64,000 bases of DNA from a bacterium. Its GTDB lineage: Bacteria; Hinthialibacterota; Hinthialibacteria; Hinthialibacterales; Hinthialibacteraceae. The position numbers and the translations under genes were made by a program. Location of the stretch: positions 1,344,001-1,408,000 of the forward strand of contig CAXXMV010000002.1 in the NCBI GenBank assembly GCA_963662285.2, written 5' to 3'. The notes under the pieces were generated by a model. The model worked only from the letters and a program-made list of their open reading frames with translations, had not been told where the DNA came from and did no database searches. Of this stretch, positions 10,497-20,729 are shown in pieces (within the stretch, counting starts at the first letter, position 1; each line of letters opens with the position of its first letter).

Positions 10497-11738
10497 ATGA
10501 TAAAACGCTCGTTAGACAAAGACGCCATGCTGGCTATCGATATCGGTACAACCAAGATTACCGCTATCGTGGCGCGCCGTAATGAACGCAAGGCGATAGA
10601 GGTTTTAGGGCATGGAATTCATGCCTGTTCGGGATTGTCTGCCACGGGCATTATTGATTTAGAAGAGATTGTCGCTTCGATATCCAGCGCCAGTCATAAA
10701 GCGCTTAATCATGCACCGGATATCGAAATGCGAAAAGCAGTTATCGCCGTTTCCGGTACATTCGTCCAGAGTCAGAACACCGTGGGATCATTAGCGCTAT
10801 CCCGTCATGGCCGGGCTGTGACGCAGGATGATATCGACCTGTGCATCAGAGCTGCTATTGGACGGGCGATGCCCAAAGATTTTGAAGTGGTTCATGCCAT
10901 TCCCCGTTGGTTTCGTTTGGATGATACGCCGTTTATTCGCGATCCCTTGGGGATGGTGGGAAGCGTACTTGAAGTCGATGTTCACCTTATTATCGGACGC
11001 CAGTCAATATTGAAAAACCTGAAGCGTTGCGTCACTAAAGCAGGATTCAGCGTGGAAGAACTGGCCTACCAACCGATTGCATCAAGTCTTTCGGTATTGG
11101 GTGATGAAGAGAAAAACGTGGGCGTTGCGCTTATCGATATCGGTGGAGAAACAACATCGGTGCTGGTGTTTTATGAAGGAAGCATCTATCACAGTGAGAC
11201 CATTGGCATAGGCGGCGAAGATATCTCCCGTGATATCAATCATTATTTTCAAACGCCGATTGATAATGCTGAAAAGTTGAAAAAATACGCTGGTTCAGCC
11301 TTTCTGGATTCGGTCGATGTAGATGAGATGTTGGAAATAGTCCGCTTCAAAAACCGTCGCACCATCATGGTTAAGAAAATGCGCCTCTGTGAAATCATTG
11401 AAGCGCGGGTTGAGCAGATCAATGATGAAGTGATTCGCATGCTCCGTTCGCACGATCTTCTGGGAACCATCTATGGTGGAGTAGTGCTGACTGGCGGCGC
11501 CTCAATGTTGGATGGAATGCGGGAGAAAAGCATGGAGGCTTTCGAGTGCGAAGCGATTATCGGCTATCCCAATGGAGTGGTGGGGCATGAAGAAATTGTA
11601 TCCAGCCCCAGCTTCGCCACCATAATCGGTCTGTTGCATTATGGCTTTGAACGGCGCGATGCTCATGCAGCTGTCTATGGAACCGGATTGGTGCGGGTGG
11701 TTAAAAAAGTAAAACAGTGGGTGCAGGAAACATTCTGA
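10497..11738 (+). CDS. ftsA: Cell division protein FtsA
   Basis: AIDIGTTKI, DIGGETT, IIEARVEQI, VLTGG actin-fold motifs; C-terminal amphipathic helix (VKQWVQETF). Confidence 0.95.
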   Translation: MIKRSLDKDAMLAIDIGTTKITAIVARRNERKAIEVLGHGIHACSGLSATGIIDLEEIVASISSASHKALNHAPDIEMRKAVIAVSGTFVQSQNTVGSLALSRHGRAVTQDDIDLCIRAAIGRAMPKDFEVVHAIPRWFRLDDTPFIRDPLGMVGSVLEVDVHLIIGRQSILKNLKRCVTKAGFSVEELAYQPIASSLSVLGDEEKNVGVALIDIGGETTSVLVFYEGSIYHSETIGIGGEDISRDINHYFQTPIDNAEKLKKYAGSAFLDSVDVDEMLEIVRFKNRRTIMVKKMRLCEIIEARVEQINDEVIRMLRSHDLLGTIYGGVVLTGGASMLDGMREKSMEAFECEAIIGYPNGVVGHEEIVSSPSFATIIGLLHYGFERRDAHAAVYGTGLVRVVKKVKQWVQETF

Positions 11739-11938
11739 CGCATCTCCCTGCGGTGGTAATACGTTGCATTTAAGGATGATCAAGATGATGAAGCGAAATA
11801 ATCAAGCCGGTGGGTTACTGAAAATACGGCTTGCCCAATGCAATAGTCCGCCGTTGGGTGATATATGTTGAGTCACGTTAAAAACCGGAAACAATACAAA
11901 AAAATATATATATAAAAAGGGTGAGAGGAGAAAAAATC

Positions 11939-13255
11939 ATGGCACTGGAATTCATTCAAGATCAAAATTTCAGCAATGGTGAAAACCGGGACGAAGGTGA
12001 TCAACAATCACGTCCAATGATCGAATTGGCTGATGATTATCAGAATGATATGCTTAATGGAAATGGTCCCAAAATAACGGTTATGGGCGTGGGCGGCGGC
12101 GGCAGCAATGCGGTCGATGCCATGGGCGATGGTTCTCTTTCTGACGTGGAATTCGTCGTCATTAACACAGATGTACAAGCTCTGCAACGCGCCAAAACGC
12201 CGCGCAAAATTCACATCGGTAGAAACATTACCAAAGGTCTTGGAACCGGCGCCAATCCAGTCTTGGGTGAACAGGCGGCTAATGAAGATCGCGACTTGAT
12301 CAGACAGGAAATTGAAGGCTCTGACCTGGTCTTTATCACCGCCGGCCTGGGCGGCGGCACCGGAACCGGAGCTTCGTCGGTCATCGCCGATGTAGCCAAA
12401 GAGATTGGAGCGCTTTCGGTTGCGATAACGACCAAGCCTTTTGAGTTTGAAGGCACTGTGCGACGCAATCACGCAGATAAAGGGCAGCAGATTCTGCGCA
12501 AAAAAGTCGATACTCTCATCACCATCCCCAACCAGCGTTTGATCAATGTAGTCGATGAAACCACTACTCTGATTGATGCCTTTAAGGTGGCGGATAGCGT
12601 ACTTAAGCAATGCGTTCAGTCAATCGCCGACCTGATTACCCGGCCAGGACTCATTAACCTCGACTTCGCTGACATCAAAGCAATTATGGACGCCGCTGGC
12701 GGCGCCGTGATGGGCGTCGGTTATGGACGCGGTAATGAGCGGGCCAATGAAGCCTTCAAGCAGGCTTCCAGCAGTCCTCTTATGGAAGAACAGGTTATCG
12801 AGGGCGCTAAAGGCATTCTTATTAATATTACCTGCGGTGCGGATGTGAAATTACTCGAAATTGATAAAGCCATTACGCACCATGTCCGCGACAAGGCTGA
12901 TGGCGACGCCAATGTGATATTCGGCGTGGTTATTGATCCTGATATGTCCGAAGAGATGAAGGTCACCATTCTTGCTACCGGCGCCACTCAAATGGAAAAA
13001 CGCGACTTCAAAGGTCGCCGCGAAGAAGAACGGCCTGCTGCTCAGGGCGCCAAACATCCATTGAAATCACAGCCTGCTTATTTGAAAAAAGGTTTGAGTG
13101 AAACAGTTGAAGAGGACAGTGAAGATATTAAGGAACTCGTATATGCAGACAAGGGCGGTCATACTTCCGCATTCGCCCCAAAATCACAGAACGATGGCAA
13201 GCGTCTGCCTCCGATGTCTAAATCGTTGTTCAGCAACTTGAAAAAGGAACGGTAG
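11939..13255 (+). CDS. ftsZ: Cell division protein FtsZ
   Basis: GVGGGGSNA, tubulin signature GLGGGTGTG, PFEFEG, INLDFAD; GAGGAG SD before ATG 11939. Confidence 0.98.
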   Translation: MALEFIQDQNFSNGENRDEGDQQSRPMIELADDYQNDMLNGNGPKITVMGVGGGGSNAVDAMGDGSLSDVEFVVINTDVQALQRAKTPRKIHIGRNITKGLGTGANPVLGEQAANEDRDLIRQEIEGSDLVFITAGLGGGTGTGASSVIADVAKEIGALSVAITTKPFEFEGTVRRNHADKGQQILRKKVDTLITIPNQRLINVVDETTTLIDAFKVADSVLKQCVQSIADLITRPGLINLDFADIKAIMDAAGGAVMGVGYGRGNERANEAFKQASSSPLMEEQVIEGAKGILINITCGADVKLLEIDKAITHHVRDKADGDANVIFGVVIDPDMSEEMKVTILATGATQMEKRDFKGRREEERPAAQGAKHPLKSQPAYLKKGLSETVEEDSEDIKELVYADKGGHTSAFAPKSQNDGKRLPPMSKSLFSNLKKER

Positions 13256-13300
13256 AGCGATTATCAAAAATGTGTTTGTTTGTTATCACGTTTGACCTTC

Positions 13301-13336
13301 GTCCCCTCTCCCCACGGGAGAGGGCAAGGGTGAGGG
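13301..13336. repeat. REP-like palindrome, family B (CCCCTCTCCC-NNN-GGGAGAGGG..AGGGTGAGGG)
   Basis: 31/36 identical to the copy at 23499-23534; internal hairpin; lies downstream of ftsZ. Confidence 0.75.
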
Positions 13337-13446
13337 TGAATTATACAAACCGGGTTATAGGAATTTTAGATCGTTGATATTTACCCAATGCGCTGCAATT
13401 GCGCGTTGGTTTAAGCAAAATAATCTTTCCCAGGGATGCTTTGTGC

Positions 13447-13477
13447 GGGTGGAAACGAATTTCCACCCCTTTTTTTT
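13447..13477 (+). terminator. Rho-independent terminator of the dcw operon
   Basis: GGGTGGAAA-CGAA-TTTCCACCC hairpin followed by T8. Confidence 0.75.
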
Positions 13478-13572
13478 CATCCTCATCCTGACCTTTGTCT
13501 CATGTGTATAGGGGATTAATTATTCGAAATTCATTGTTGAACAGACCGCCTATTGATTGTCTTTGATGTTTA

Positions 13573-14478
13573 CTATCTCTTTTTTTTGGAAAAAACCATT
13601 CGGTTTGATGATGCGTTAGTGGTCTTTTGCGATGAGCTTATTGACGGGAGGATGCATTCCAGCGCAACTTCGATATGTGCGATTAACTGATTTAGTTCAT
13701 GTAGTTGTTTTTTACGTTGATTCAGTTTCATCTGTAACTGGTTCAGCGATTCGTCAATGGCTTTGGCGTCGGGTGATTTTTCTATATTTTCTGGAAATTC
13801 AATGCCGCTGCTTTTTATTATTAGTACTGCCTGCGCCAGTTTTTTAATGAAGGCGGGATCGGGTTTGCTAAAGTTTTGAGGTATTTGGTTGCTGAAAAAA
13901 TCCCGGGAACAGTCTATGAAATCATCGCCTAACATCATCTCTTGTTTGAGAATATCTCGAAGGCATTTTAACTGCTCCAGCACTGCTTGTAGATAATCTT
14001 TTACCAAACTTTCTATCATCAAGTGGTTGGCGTGGATTCCTCCATTGATAGATTCGCTGAATTTATCTTTAAAGGTCAACAAGTCCTCGGTAAGTTGAAT
14101 GGCTTGATCCTCCAACCGGGTGATTGCATCAAATATTTTTCTTCCTTTTTTTTCATCGAAGGCTTGATAACGATCATGCATTAACCAATTGATATATTCT
14201 TTGGAACTGTTGACGGATTGCTGGCAGGAATTTAACCGAACATCGACGCTTTGCTCTAGTTCATCCAGGAATCTTTGTTGTCGTTGAGCGACGCTCTTAT
14301 CGGGCGCCTTGTTTGGAGAAGTTTCTTTAAGAGTTTTGGCGATGGACCTTAAGACAGTTTTGCCTCCGATGGTTTCAGCAATTATAGAATCGGGATCAAC
14401 CTGTGGATTCCTTTTCAGATAATCCTTAATGACGATTTCTTCCATCTTTTGAGCTAATGTTTTATCGTTTGCGTTCAT
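13573..14478 (-). CDS. Hypothetical helical/coiled-coil cytoplasmic protein
   Basis: 301-aa ORF with AGGT SD-like element; heptad-rich; no recognisable motif. Confidence 0.7.
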   Translation of the reverse strand: MNANDKTLAQKMEEIVIKDYLKRNPQVDPDSIIAETIGGKTVLRSIAKTLKETSPNKAPDKSVAQRQQRFLDELEQSVDVRLNSCQQSVNSSKEYINWLMHDRYQAFDEKKGRKIFDAITRLEDQAIQLTEDLLTFKDKFSESINGGIHANHLMIESLVKDYLQAVLEQLKCLRDILKQEMMLGDDFIDCSRDFFSNQIPQNFSKPDPAFIKKLAQAVLIIKSSGIEFPENIEKSPDAKAIDESLNQLQMKLNQRKKQLHELNQLIAHIEVALECILPSISSSQKTTNASSNRMVFSKKKR

Positions 14479-14891
14479 TTATCATCTACCTGAATTTTCA
14501 TTGATGCAAACTATTGGGATAAATAGAGTATTACTGAATTGTAACAACTTATCGGTGAAAAGATAATTCTATTAGACGGATTTTCGAAATATTATATGCG
14601 CGTTCCGATAAAGTAGGAAAAGATTGGTTTTTATGAAAATTCAGCATGGTGTTAATGGGTGTTAAGAGCGTTTGAATATTCCGCCCTCACTTGATTCTTA
14701 CAGTACTTGGTTGTTCGATATTTTAGGTAGGATCATAATACTTTTCTTTATATCTATTCTCCCCAAATAATGAATAGATATATATACTCTTACCTTAAAG
14801 CACTTTTCCAGACTGATAATTGGCGTCATTTAAGTGACTCTTGCTGAAGGATTAATATCGATCATAACGAAAACCAGGAAAGAAATGCACT

Positions 14892-15992
14892 ATGATTTTT
14901 CGTAACGCAATAATTCATAGAATCATAAGATTTATAAGTTCAAAACTTGCCAAAAGAATTGACCATCGAATCTTCCGGGGTTATTTCGATAACGTCCAAT
15001 ATGATAACGGAGAACTGATCGTAAGTGGTTGGACTTTGAGTCTTTATGGCCCCTTTGATGAGCTGATTCTATATATTAATGGAGAAAAACAAACTCCAGG
15101 GCAAGTCATTGAACGCCCCGACGTCGGCAATGGTCTCCCCGATATCCCGCGATCTAATCTATCCGGCTTCTCTTTTCATATAGCTAAAAATGAAGATGAA
15201 CTAGAAGGACTGATAGATATCAGACTTTCCTGCATTCAAGCGCAACAGGAAGTCGACCGGATGGAGACCGGCTTTTTTATTGACCTATATGAATCAATGC
15301 CCGCTCCACCGCTTAAATTTATCAAACGGGTCGATGGCTCCGAGAGCCAGAACTTTTATTTGCTCAAAGGCGCCCAGAATTATCGTGAGTTTCAACAGTT
15401 AATCAGTAAGCATTGCCAGAATCAGACAATATCCACCATGCTTGATTGGGGATGCGGCAGCGGCCGTTTGACCGGATTTTTCCTGCAGTACGCAGCAATT
15501 GATAACATATTCGGCTGCGACATCGATGCCGAAGCCGCCCAATGGGCGCAGCAGAATTTCCCGCAGGGAAAATTTGACGCCATACCTCTGCATCCCCCCA
15601 CTCAATATGATGACCAGCAGTTTGATCTGATCATATCTTTTTCCGTGTTGACCCACTTGGATAGGGAAAACCAGATTGCCTGGCTCAAAGAGATGAAGCG
15701 CATTCTAAAACCGGGCGGGACATTCATCGCTACCATCCACGGCGTCAGCGCCGCAAAGGTAATCCTTCCCCCCGAAGAGGTAAAACTACTGGAAAAAGAA
15801 GGCATCCACGACGCCACTAGAGACACGGTTCTTGAGGATGTCGCACCGGATGATTATTACCGCGCCTGTTTTCAATCCAAGGATTATACTATCAACCAAT
15901 GGAGCAGATATTTTGATATAGTGGATTACGTCGAACAGGGCGCCAGTAATTATCACGATATAGTGGTAATGAGAAAGCAAACCGAAGCTTAA
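14892..15992 (+). CDS. Class I SAM-dependent methyltransferase with N-terminal accessory domain
   Basis: MLDWGCGSGR motif I, FDLIISFSVLTHL, RILKPGG. Confidence 0.85.
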   Translation: MIFRNAIIHRIIRFISSKLAKRIDHRIFRGYFDNVQYDNGELIVSGWTLSLYGPFDELILYINGEKQTPGQVIERPDVGNGLPDIPRSNLSGFSFHIAKNEDELEGLIDIRLSCIQAQQEVDRMETGFFIDLYESMPAPPLKFIKRVDGSESQNFYLLKGAQNYREFQQLISKHCQNQTISTMLDWGCGSGRLTGFFLQYAAIDNIFGCDIDAEAAQWAQQNFPQGKFDAIPLHPPTQYDDQQFDLIISFSVLTHLDRENQIAWLKEMKRILKPGGTFIATIHGVSAAKVILPPEEVKLLEKEGIHDATRDTVLEDVAPDDYYRACFQSKDYTINQWSRYFDIVDYVEQGASNYHDIVVMRKQTEA

Positions 15993-15999
15993 ACGCCCC

Positions 16000-16046
16000 C
16001 CAAGCGTAGGGTGGGTCAGCTTTACCGACCCACCAAAAATCCACCC
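16000..16046. repeat. GTAG-type REP element, family A
   Basis: GTAG tag plus GGTGGGTC..GACCCACC hairpin; 43/47 identical to 42747-42793; just after a stop codon. Confidence 0.8.
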
Positions 16047-16172
16047 AACATATCAAACCACTCATCCCTAACAGGAACTAGAGAGTATTTATACCTATAA
16101 AACTTTGTTTTCACCGAGTAAAGTTACTCAAAGCATTCATCAAAGTTGAATAACGAGAGAACCAGATTCAGT

Positions 16173-17354
16173 ATGAAAAAAAACCCTCAATTATACATTG
16201 TCTACTTTACTGTGTTCCTGGATTTATTGGGTTTCGGCATTTTAATTCCTCTTCTGCCCTATGTAGCTGAATCCTATAACGTCTCCAAAATCGAAATTGG
16301 CTTCCTGATGGCCAGTTATTCCTTAGCCCAATTTATTTTTTCACCAATTTGGGGAAGACTCTCTGACCGTATAGGACGTAGACCCATAATACTGATAAGT
16401 TTAATCGGATCATCAACCGGATATCTGTTATTCGCGTTAGCTGATTCAATGACCATGCTCTTCGTCGCCCGCATAATAGCAGGCTGCGCTTCGGGTAATA
16501 TCTCCGCCGCCCAGGCCATTGTAGCCGATACCCTTCCACCTAAAGAAAGAACCAAAGGCATGGGTATGATAGGCGCATCCATCGGTTTGGGATTCATGCT
16601 AGGACCGGCGCTGGCCGGTTTTCTGGTTAGCGACCATAACTACGCGCTGCCCTTTATTGTTGCCGCGTCATTATCAGGACTCGATTTAATCCTGGCCTTT
16701 TTCCTGCTCCCCGAAACCGTCAACAATCGCGATGATCAAAATATAGAACGACGGCGTTTTTCCCTTTTCATTCTTAAAAATTCGCTTGGAGTTAAATTCA
16801 TACCCCACCTCTTTTCCATCTCTTTAATTTACCACATTGCTCTGGCCTCGATGGAGAGTTCTTTTGCTTTATTCGGCAAAGCGGTATTTGACATGAACGA
16901 GCGGGAGAACAGTTACATTATGTTCCTGGTAGGCTTCATCATGGTCGCCATACAGGGAGGCGTTATCCGTAGCGCATCGAAACGTTATGGTGACCGGAAC
17001 CTTCTTCTATTCGGAATAATGGGAGTCACCATTGGTTTTGCGCTTATAGGATATGCAACCTCTTTCAAGATATTAATTGCAGCAACCATTTTTATGGCCA
17101 TAGCTTCGGGATTCATTGGCCCAAGCATAAGCAGCCTGATCTCTCAATTCAGTTCCAAAGACGTCCAGGGAGGCATCCTTGGGCTGAACCAATCTATGGC
17201 CAGCATGGGACGGATCATCGGCCCGATAGTGGGAACCATCTTATTCCAAATGATGAATCCCAGAGCGCCTTTTTACGCCGGATCAATTCTGCTCCTGTTC
17301 TCTTTTCTGATTATCATCCCCCTACGGCGCGGATTACGCGATAATCAACAATAA
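16173..17354 (+). CDS. MFS transporter, TetA/DHA1-like efflux family
   Basis: Motif A (GRLSDRIGRRP), motif C-like GFMLGPALAG; about 12 TM. Confidence 0.9.
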   Translation: MKKNPQLYIVYFTVFLDLLGFGILIPLLPYVAESYNVSKIEIGFLMASYSLAQFIFSPIWGRLSDRIGRRPIILISLIGSSTGYLLFALADSMTMLFVARIIAGCASGNISAAQAIVADTLPPKERTKGMGMIGASIGLGFMLGPALAGFLVSDHNYALPFIVAASLSGLDLILAFFLLPETVNNRDDQNIERRRFSLFILKNSLGVKFIPHLFSISLIYHIALASMESSFALFGKAVFDMNERENSYIMFLVGFIMVAIQGGVIRSASKRYGDRNLLLFGIMGVTIGFALIGYATSFKILIAATIFMAIASGFIGPSISSLISQFSSKDVQGGILGLNQSMASMGRIIGPIVGTILFQMMNPRAPFYAGSILLLFSFLIIIPLRRGLRDNQQ

Positions 17355-17521
17355 GTCTTTATCAGAATCCTCGATTTTCCGCTATTCATGATATAATAGG
17401 TAAATATGAAATAGAATCACAAAAATATTAGTATTTGTATATAGGAATAAAGAATCAGCGTGACTCGTCAAAGACGATATCGTTATATAAGGAAACAAAA
17501 AAGCAATTCAGGAGTATTAAA

Positions 17522-18208
17522 ATGTTTATCGGCGGTGGTTTAGATTATTGGATTTTAATGATTTTCATCATGGTAATGATGGGACTGGCCAGCAAAAATG
17601 TGCAAGCCACATTCGCGCGCTTCAGCAAAGTACCCATTCGCAACCGTATGACTGGCGCCCAGGCGGCGCGTTATATATTGGATTCTAATGGTTTACAAAA
17701 CGTTGCCATAGAAAGGGTTCACGGAAATCTGACTGATCATTACGATCCTCGCAGTAAAGTATTGCGTCTTTCAGAACCAGTCTACGACAGTATGTCTATC
17801 TCTGCGGTTGGCGTAGCAGCTCATGAATCGGGACACGCTATACAGGATAAAACAGGCTACGCCCCGCTCAAACTGCGCCAGGGAGTTATTCCTCTAGCCA
17901 ATTTCGGATCAAAATTCGGCCTTATTCTTGTTTTTGTAGGTTTCTTTCTAGGGACTTTTCTCAGTTGGTTTGGTATTGCCTTGTACGCACTGGCAGTAAT
18001 GGCATCTATCGTTACCCTGCCGGTTGAATTTAATGCCAGCAGCCGGGCCTTGGCTCAATTAACCCAATACGGCATCGTTTCCAACGAAGAATATGCGGGA
18101 ACCAAAAAAGTATTGAACGCCGCTGCATTAACCTATCTGGCCGCAGCCTTGGGCGCAATCATGACCCTGTTGTATTACATCATGATTCTGATGGGCAACC
18201 GGGACTAG
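17522..18208 (+). CDS. Membrane zinc metallopeptidase (YugP-like)
   Basis: LTDHYDP, AAHESGHAIQ (HExxH), LPVEFNASxRA, AAALTY; AGGAG SD before ATG 17522. Confidence 0.9.
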   Translation: MFIGGGLDYWILMIFIMVMMGLASKNVQATFARFSKVPIRNRMTGAQAARYILDSNGLQNVAIERVHGNLTDHYDPRSKVLRLSEPVYDSMSISAVGVAAHESGHAIQDKTGYAPLKLRQGVIPLANFGSKFGLILVFVGFFLGTFLSWFGIALYALAVMASIVTLPVEFNASSRALAQLTQYGIVSNEEYAGTKKVLNAAALTYLAAALGAIMTLLYYIMILMGNRD

Positions 18209-18243
18209 AGAGACTCTGAAGAATATTCAACACAAAAATGAAT

Positions 18244-18270
18244 AGGGGACGGTCTATGACCGTCCCTTTT
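18244..18270 (+). terminator. Probable intrinsic terminator hairpin
   Basis: GGGACGGTC-TAT-GACCGTCCC followed by TTTT. Confidence 0.55.
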
Positions 18271-18297
18271 GCGTATAATACTTATGGGAATAATTTT

Positions 18298-19671
18298 ATG
18301 CCAGAAAAACCAAGAAAACAAACAAAATCAAATAATAAGTGCTCACCAGCAAGAATCGCCGCTTTAGAAGTATTAAATGCGGTTTTGACGGATGGCAAAA
18401 CGTTGTTAGATACGTTGCCTGAGTTAGAAAAAGGGGATTATGATCCAAGAGATTTGGCGCTGGCCCGCGAAATCATATCCGGTAGCTGCCGGTGGTTGGG
18501 ATTAAACCGGTACTACTTGAAATCCTTAGCTCCACGCCTGGAAGACTTTCCACCTGTAGTGCAACGGATATTGGAGATGTCGGTTTACCAATTGACCAAG
18601 CTCGACCGGGTTCCAGATTATGCGGTGATATCCGATGCAGTAGAACTGACGCGATTAAGCAAGTTGCAGGGACTTACCAAAGCCGTAAACGGTATATTGC
18701 GTAATATTACCCGGAAATATAAAGATATCGCTTTACCTGATGCTGGTAAAGATAAAGGCGAATATCTTTCCATCACCTATTCTATTCCTCTGTGGTTGGT
18801 CAATAAGTGGTTGGATTTATGGACTTACGAAGAAGTTGAATCGTTCTGCGAATTCAACAACACCCGCGCTTCGCTATCTCTGAGAATTAGATGCGATCTT
18901 CAAACCGCGCTGGATGATTTACGAAAACTAAATATAACCGCTGAAACCGATGAACGATTCTCAAACCGGCTGGTTATTAACCAGGAAGAACGCGTGCCGC
19001 AATCGGTTTACAATTCAACGATGTGGAATGTTCAAGATGGAGCGGCATTGATGATTGCTCCTATTCTCGATCCCCAACCGGGATGGAAAATTTGGGATGT
19101 TTGCGCTGCTCCGGGCGGTAAGACATTTCACCTCGCCGATCTGAGCGATGACCAGACCAAAATCATCGCCAGCGACCGCAACGCCAGCAGATTGAATAAG
19201 TTAAATAAACAGATCAACAAATACTCCCCCGGTAAAATTTCTACTTTAGAAATTGACGCCTTGCTTGATCACCCCCCCTTGGAGGGAAGCGCATTTGATG
19301 CCATTCTTATTGATGCGCCTTGTTCTGGCTGGGGAACCTTTCGGCGTCACCCGGATTTGCGCTGGCGGCTTCAAAGCGGTGATGCCCGCCGATTTGGCAA
19401 TCAAGCGCTTAAGATATTGGAAAACATTAATAAAGCGCTCAGACCCGGTGGAATTTTGGTTTACTCTACTTGTACGCTTTCTACGGAAGAAAACCAAAAT
19501 GTCATCAACACTTTTCTTGATCGCCATCAGGAATTCACGGTTGAGCCAGTTGCGCCGTATCTTCCGCCAGCATTTAAGGACGCGCAGACCAAGGAAGGAT
19601 TTCTATTTGTATTTCCACCGCTCTGGAATATTGACGGCGCTTTCGCTGCGCGGTTGCGTAAAAAGATATAA
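18298..19671 (+). CDS. rsmB: 16S rRNA m5C967 methyltransferase RsmB (Sun/Fmu)
   Basis: N-terminal NusB-like domain (VNGILR), DVCAAPGGKT, DAPCSG, YSTCT, DGAF. Confidence 0.92.
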   Translation: MPEKPRKQTKSNNKCSPARIAALEVLNAVLTDGKTLLDTLPELEKGDYDPRDLALAREIISGSCRWLGLNRYYLKSLAPRLEDFPPVVQRILEMSVYQLTKLDRVPDYAVISDAVELTRLSKLQGLTKAVNGILRNITRKYKDIALPDAGKDKGEYLSITYSIPLWLVNKWLDLWTYEEVESFCEFNNTRASLSLRIRCDLQTALDDLRKLNITAETDERFSNRLVINQEERVPQSVYNSTMWNVQDGAALMIAPILDPQPGWKIWDVCAAPGGKTFHLADLSDDQTKIIASDRNASRLNKLNKQINKYSPGKISTLEIDALLDHPPLEGSAFDAILIDAPCSGWGTFRRHPDLRWRLQSGDARRFGNQALKILENINKALRPGGILVYSTCTLSTEENQNVINTFLDRHQEFTVEPVAPYLPPAFKDAQTKEGFLFVFPPLWNIDGAFAARLRKKI

Positions 19672-19680
19672 GGTTAGGTC

Positions 19681-20709
19681 ATGAGAATCATTCGCTCATT
19701 TTTTTCTTTAATCCGGCTTTTTATTATCACGGGCATGTTCCTTGCGCTTCTTCTTGTTGGAATGGCTACAGGCGGCTTTTTCTTGCTGGATTGGATTGTA
19801 ACCGGAGAGATGGTCTTGGTTCCAAACCTCTATGGAAAACCTGAATCTGAAGCCATCGAACTTCTTGTAAAACAGGGGCTTATGCCAAAATTACCGGTTG
19901 AAGAACGCACTAGTTCGTACGTTAAACCCGGTCTGGTCATTAGCCAGCATCCTGCGCCTGATGCGCCAGTTAAAAAACACCGTTATATATCGATGGTTAT
20001 CAGCAAAGGACGTGAGAAAGTGTTCGTTCCCGATTTCACCAACCGGGATGTTTCCGATATATACGGTGATATGCGAAGCGCCGGCTTGGAAACAGGTCAA
20101 CAGGCCAGGGTCTATCATCCGACTTATGACGCAGGAATTATCATCTCCCAGGAACCTTCTTCGGGCAGGCGTTTTATGTATGGAAAACGCATTAATCTTC
20201 TTATCAGCCTTGGCCCACGTCCCAAAGAATATATCATGCCTAATTTTTTAAATATGGATTTGGATTATGTTAACCAGAATCTCCAGAATAAATCATTTGA
20301 TATTCCTGAAGATGGGATTGAATTTGAACGAAGCACAGATATTACTAAATGGTCCAAAGTTCTTAAACAGCATCCCGCAGCCGGATCAAGAGTATTACAG
20401 AATGAACGCATTAAAATAACGGTTGGGTCCAGTGGCCTGGAAATGGCCGAACTCAGGTTGATCGAGATTAATTTCCCGGTTCCTAAAAATGTTTATCGTG
20501 AAAATTTACAATTAGTCATCCGGGATGATATCTCTTCTTTATTCGATGAGCCTTCAGTAATACCACTGAATATTGAATATTGGCAAAAACAAATAGATAT
20601 GGCAATTCCTGTATTCGGAAATGCGTTAGTAACGCTTTCTGCAATTAGCGATATATCTCAATTCCCCAGCCAGCCTATGCTTTATTCGCAGTATTTTCCT
20701 ACACAATAG
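19681..20709 (+). CDS. Membrane-anchored protein with three PASTA domains
   Basis: N-terminal TM; three repeats of the VPNL/VPDF/MPNF ... (I/V)ISQxP pattern; follows rsmB. Confidence 0.85.
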   Translation: MRIIRSFFSLIRLFIITGMFLALLLVGMATGGFFLLDWIVTGEMVLVPNLYGKPESEAIELLVKQGLMPKLPVEERTSSYVKPGLVISQHPAPDAPVKKHRYISMVISKGREKVFVPDFTNRDVSDIYGDMRSAGLETGQQARVYHPTYDAGIIISQEPSSGRRFMYGKRINLLISLGPRPKEYIMPNFLNMDLDYVNQNLQNKSFDIPEDGIEFERSTDITKWSKVLKQHPAAGSRVLQNERIKITVGSSGLEMAELRLIEINFPVPKNVYRENLQLVIRDDISSLFDEPSVIPLNIEYWQKQIDMAIPVFGNALVTLSAISDISQFPSQPMLYSQYFPTQ

Positions 20710-20729
20710 AGCGCCTGGCTATAAACATA

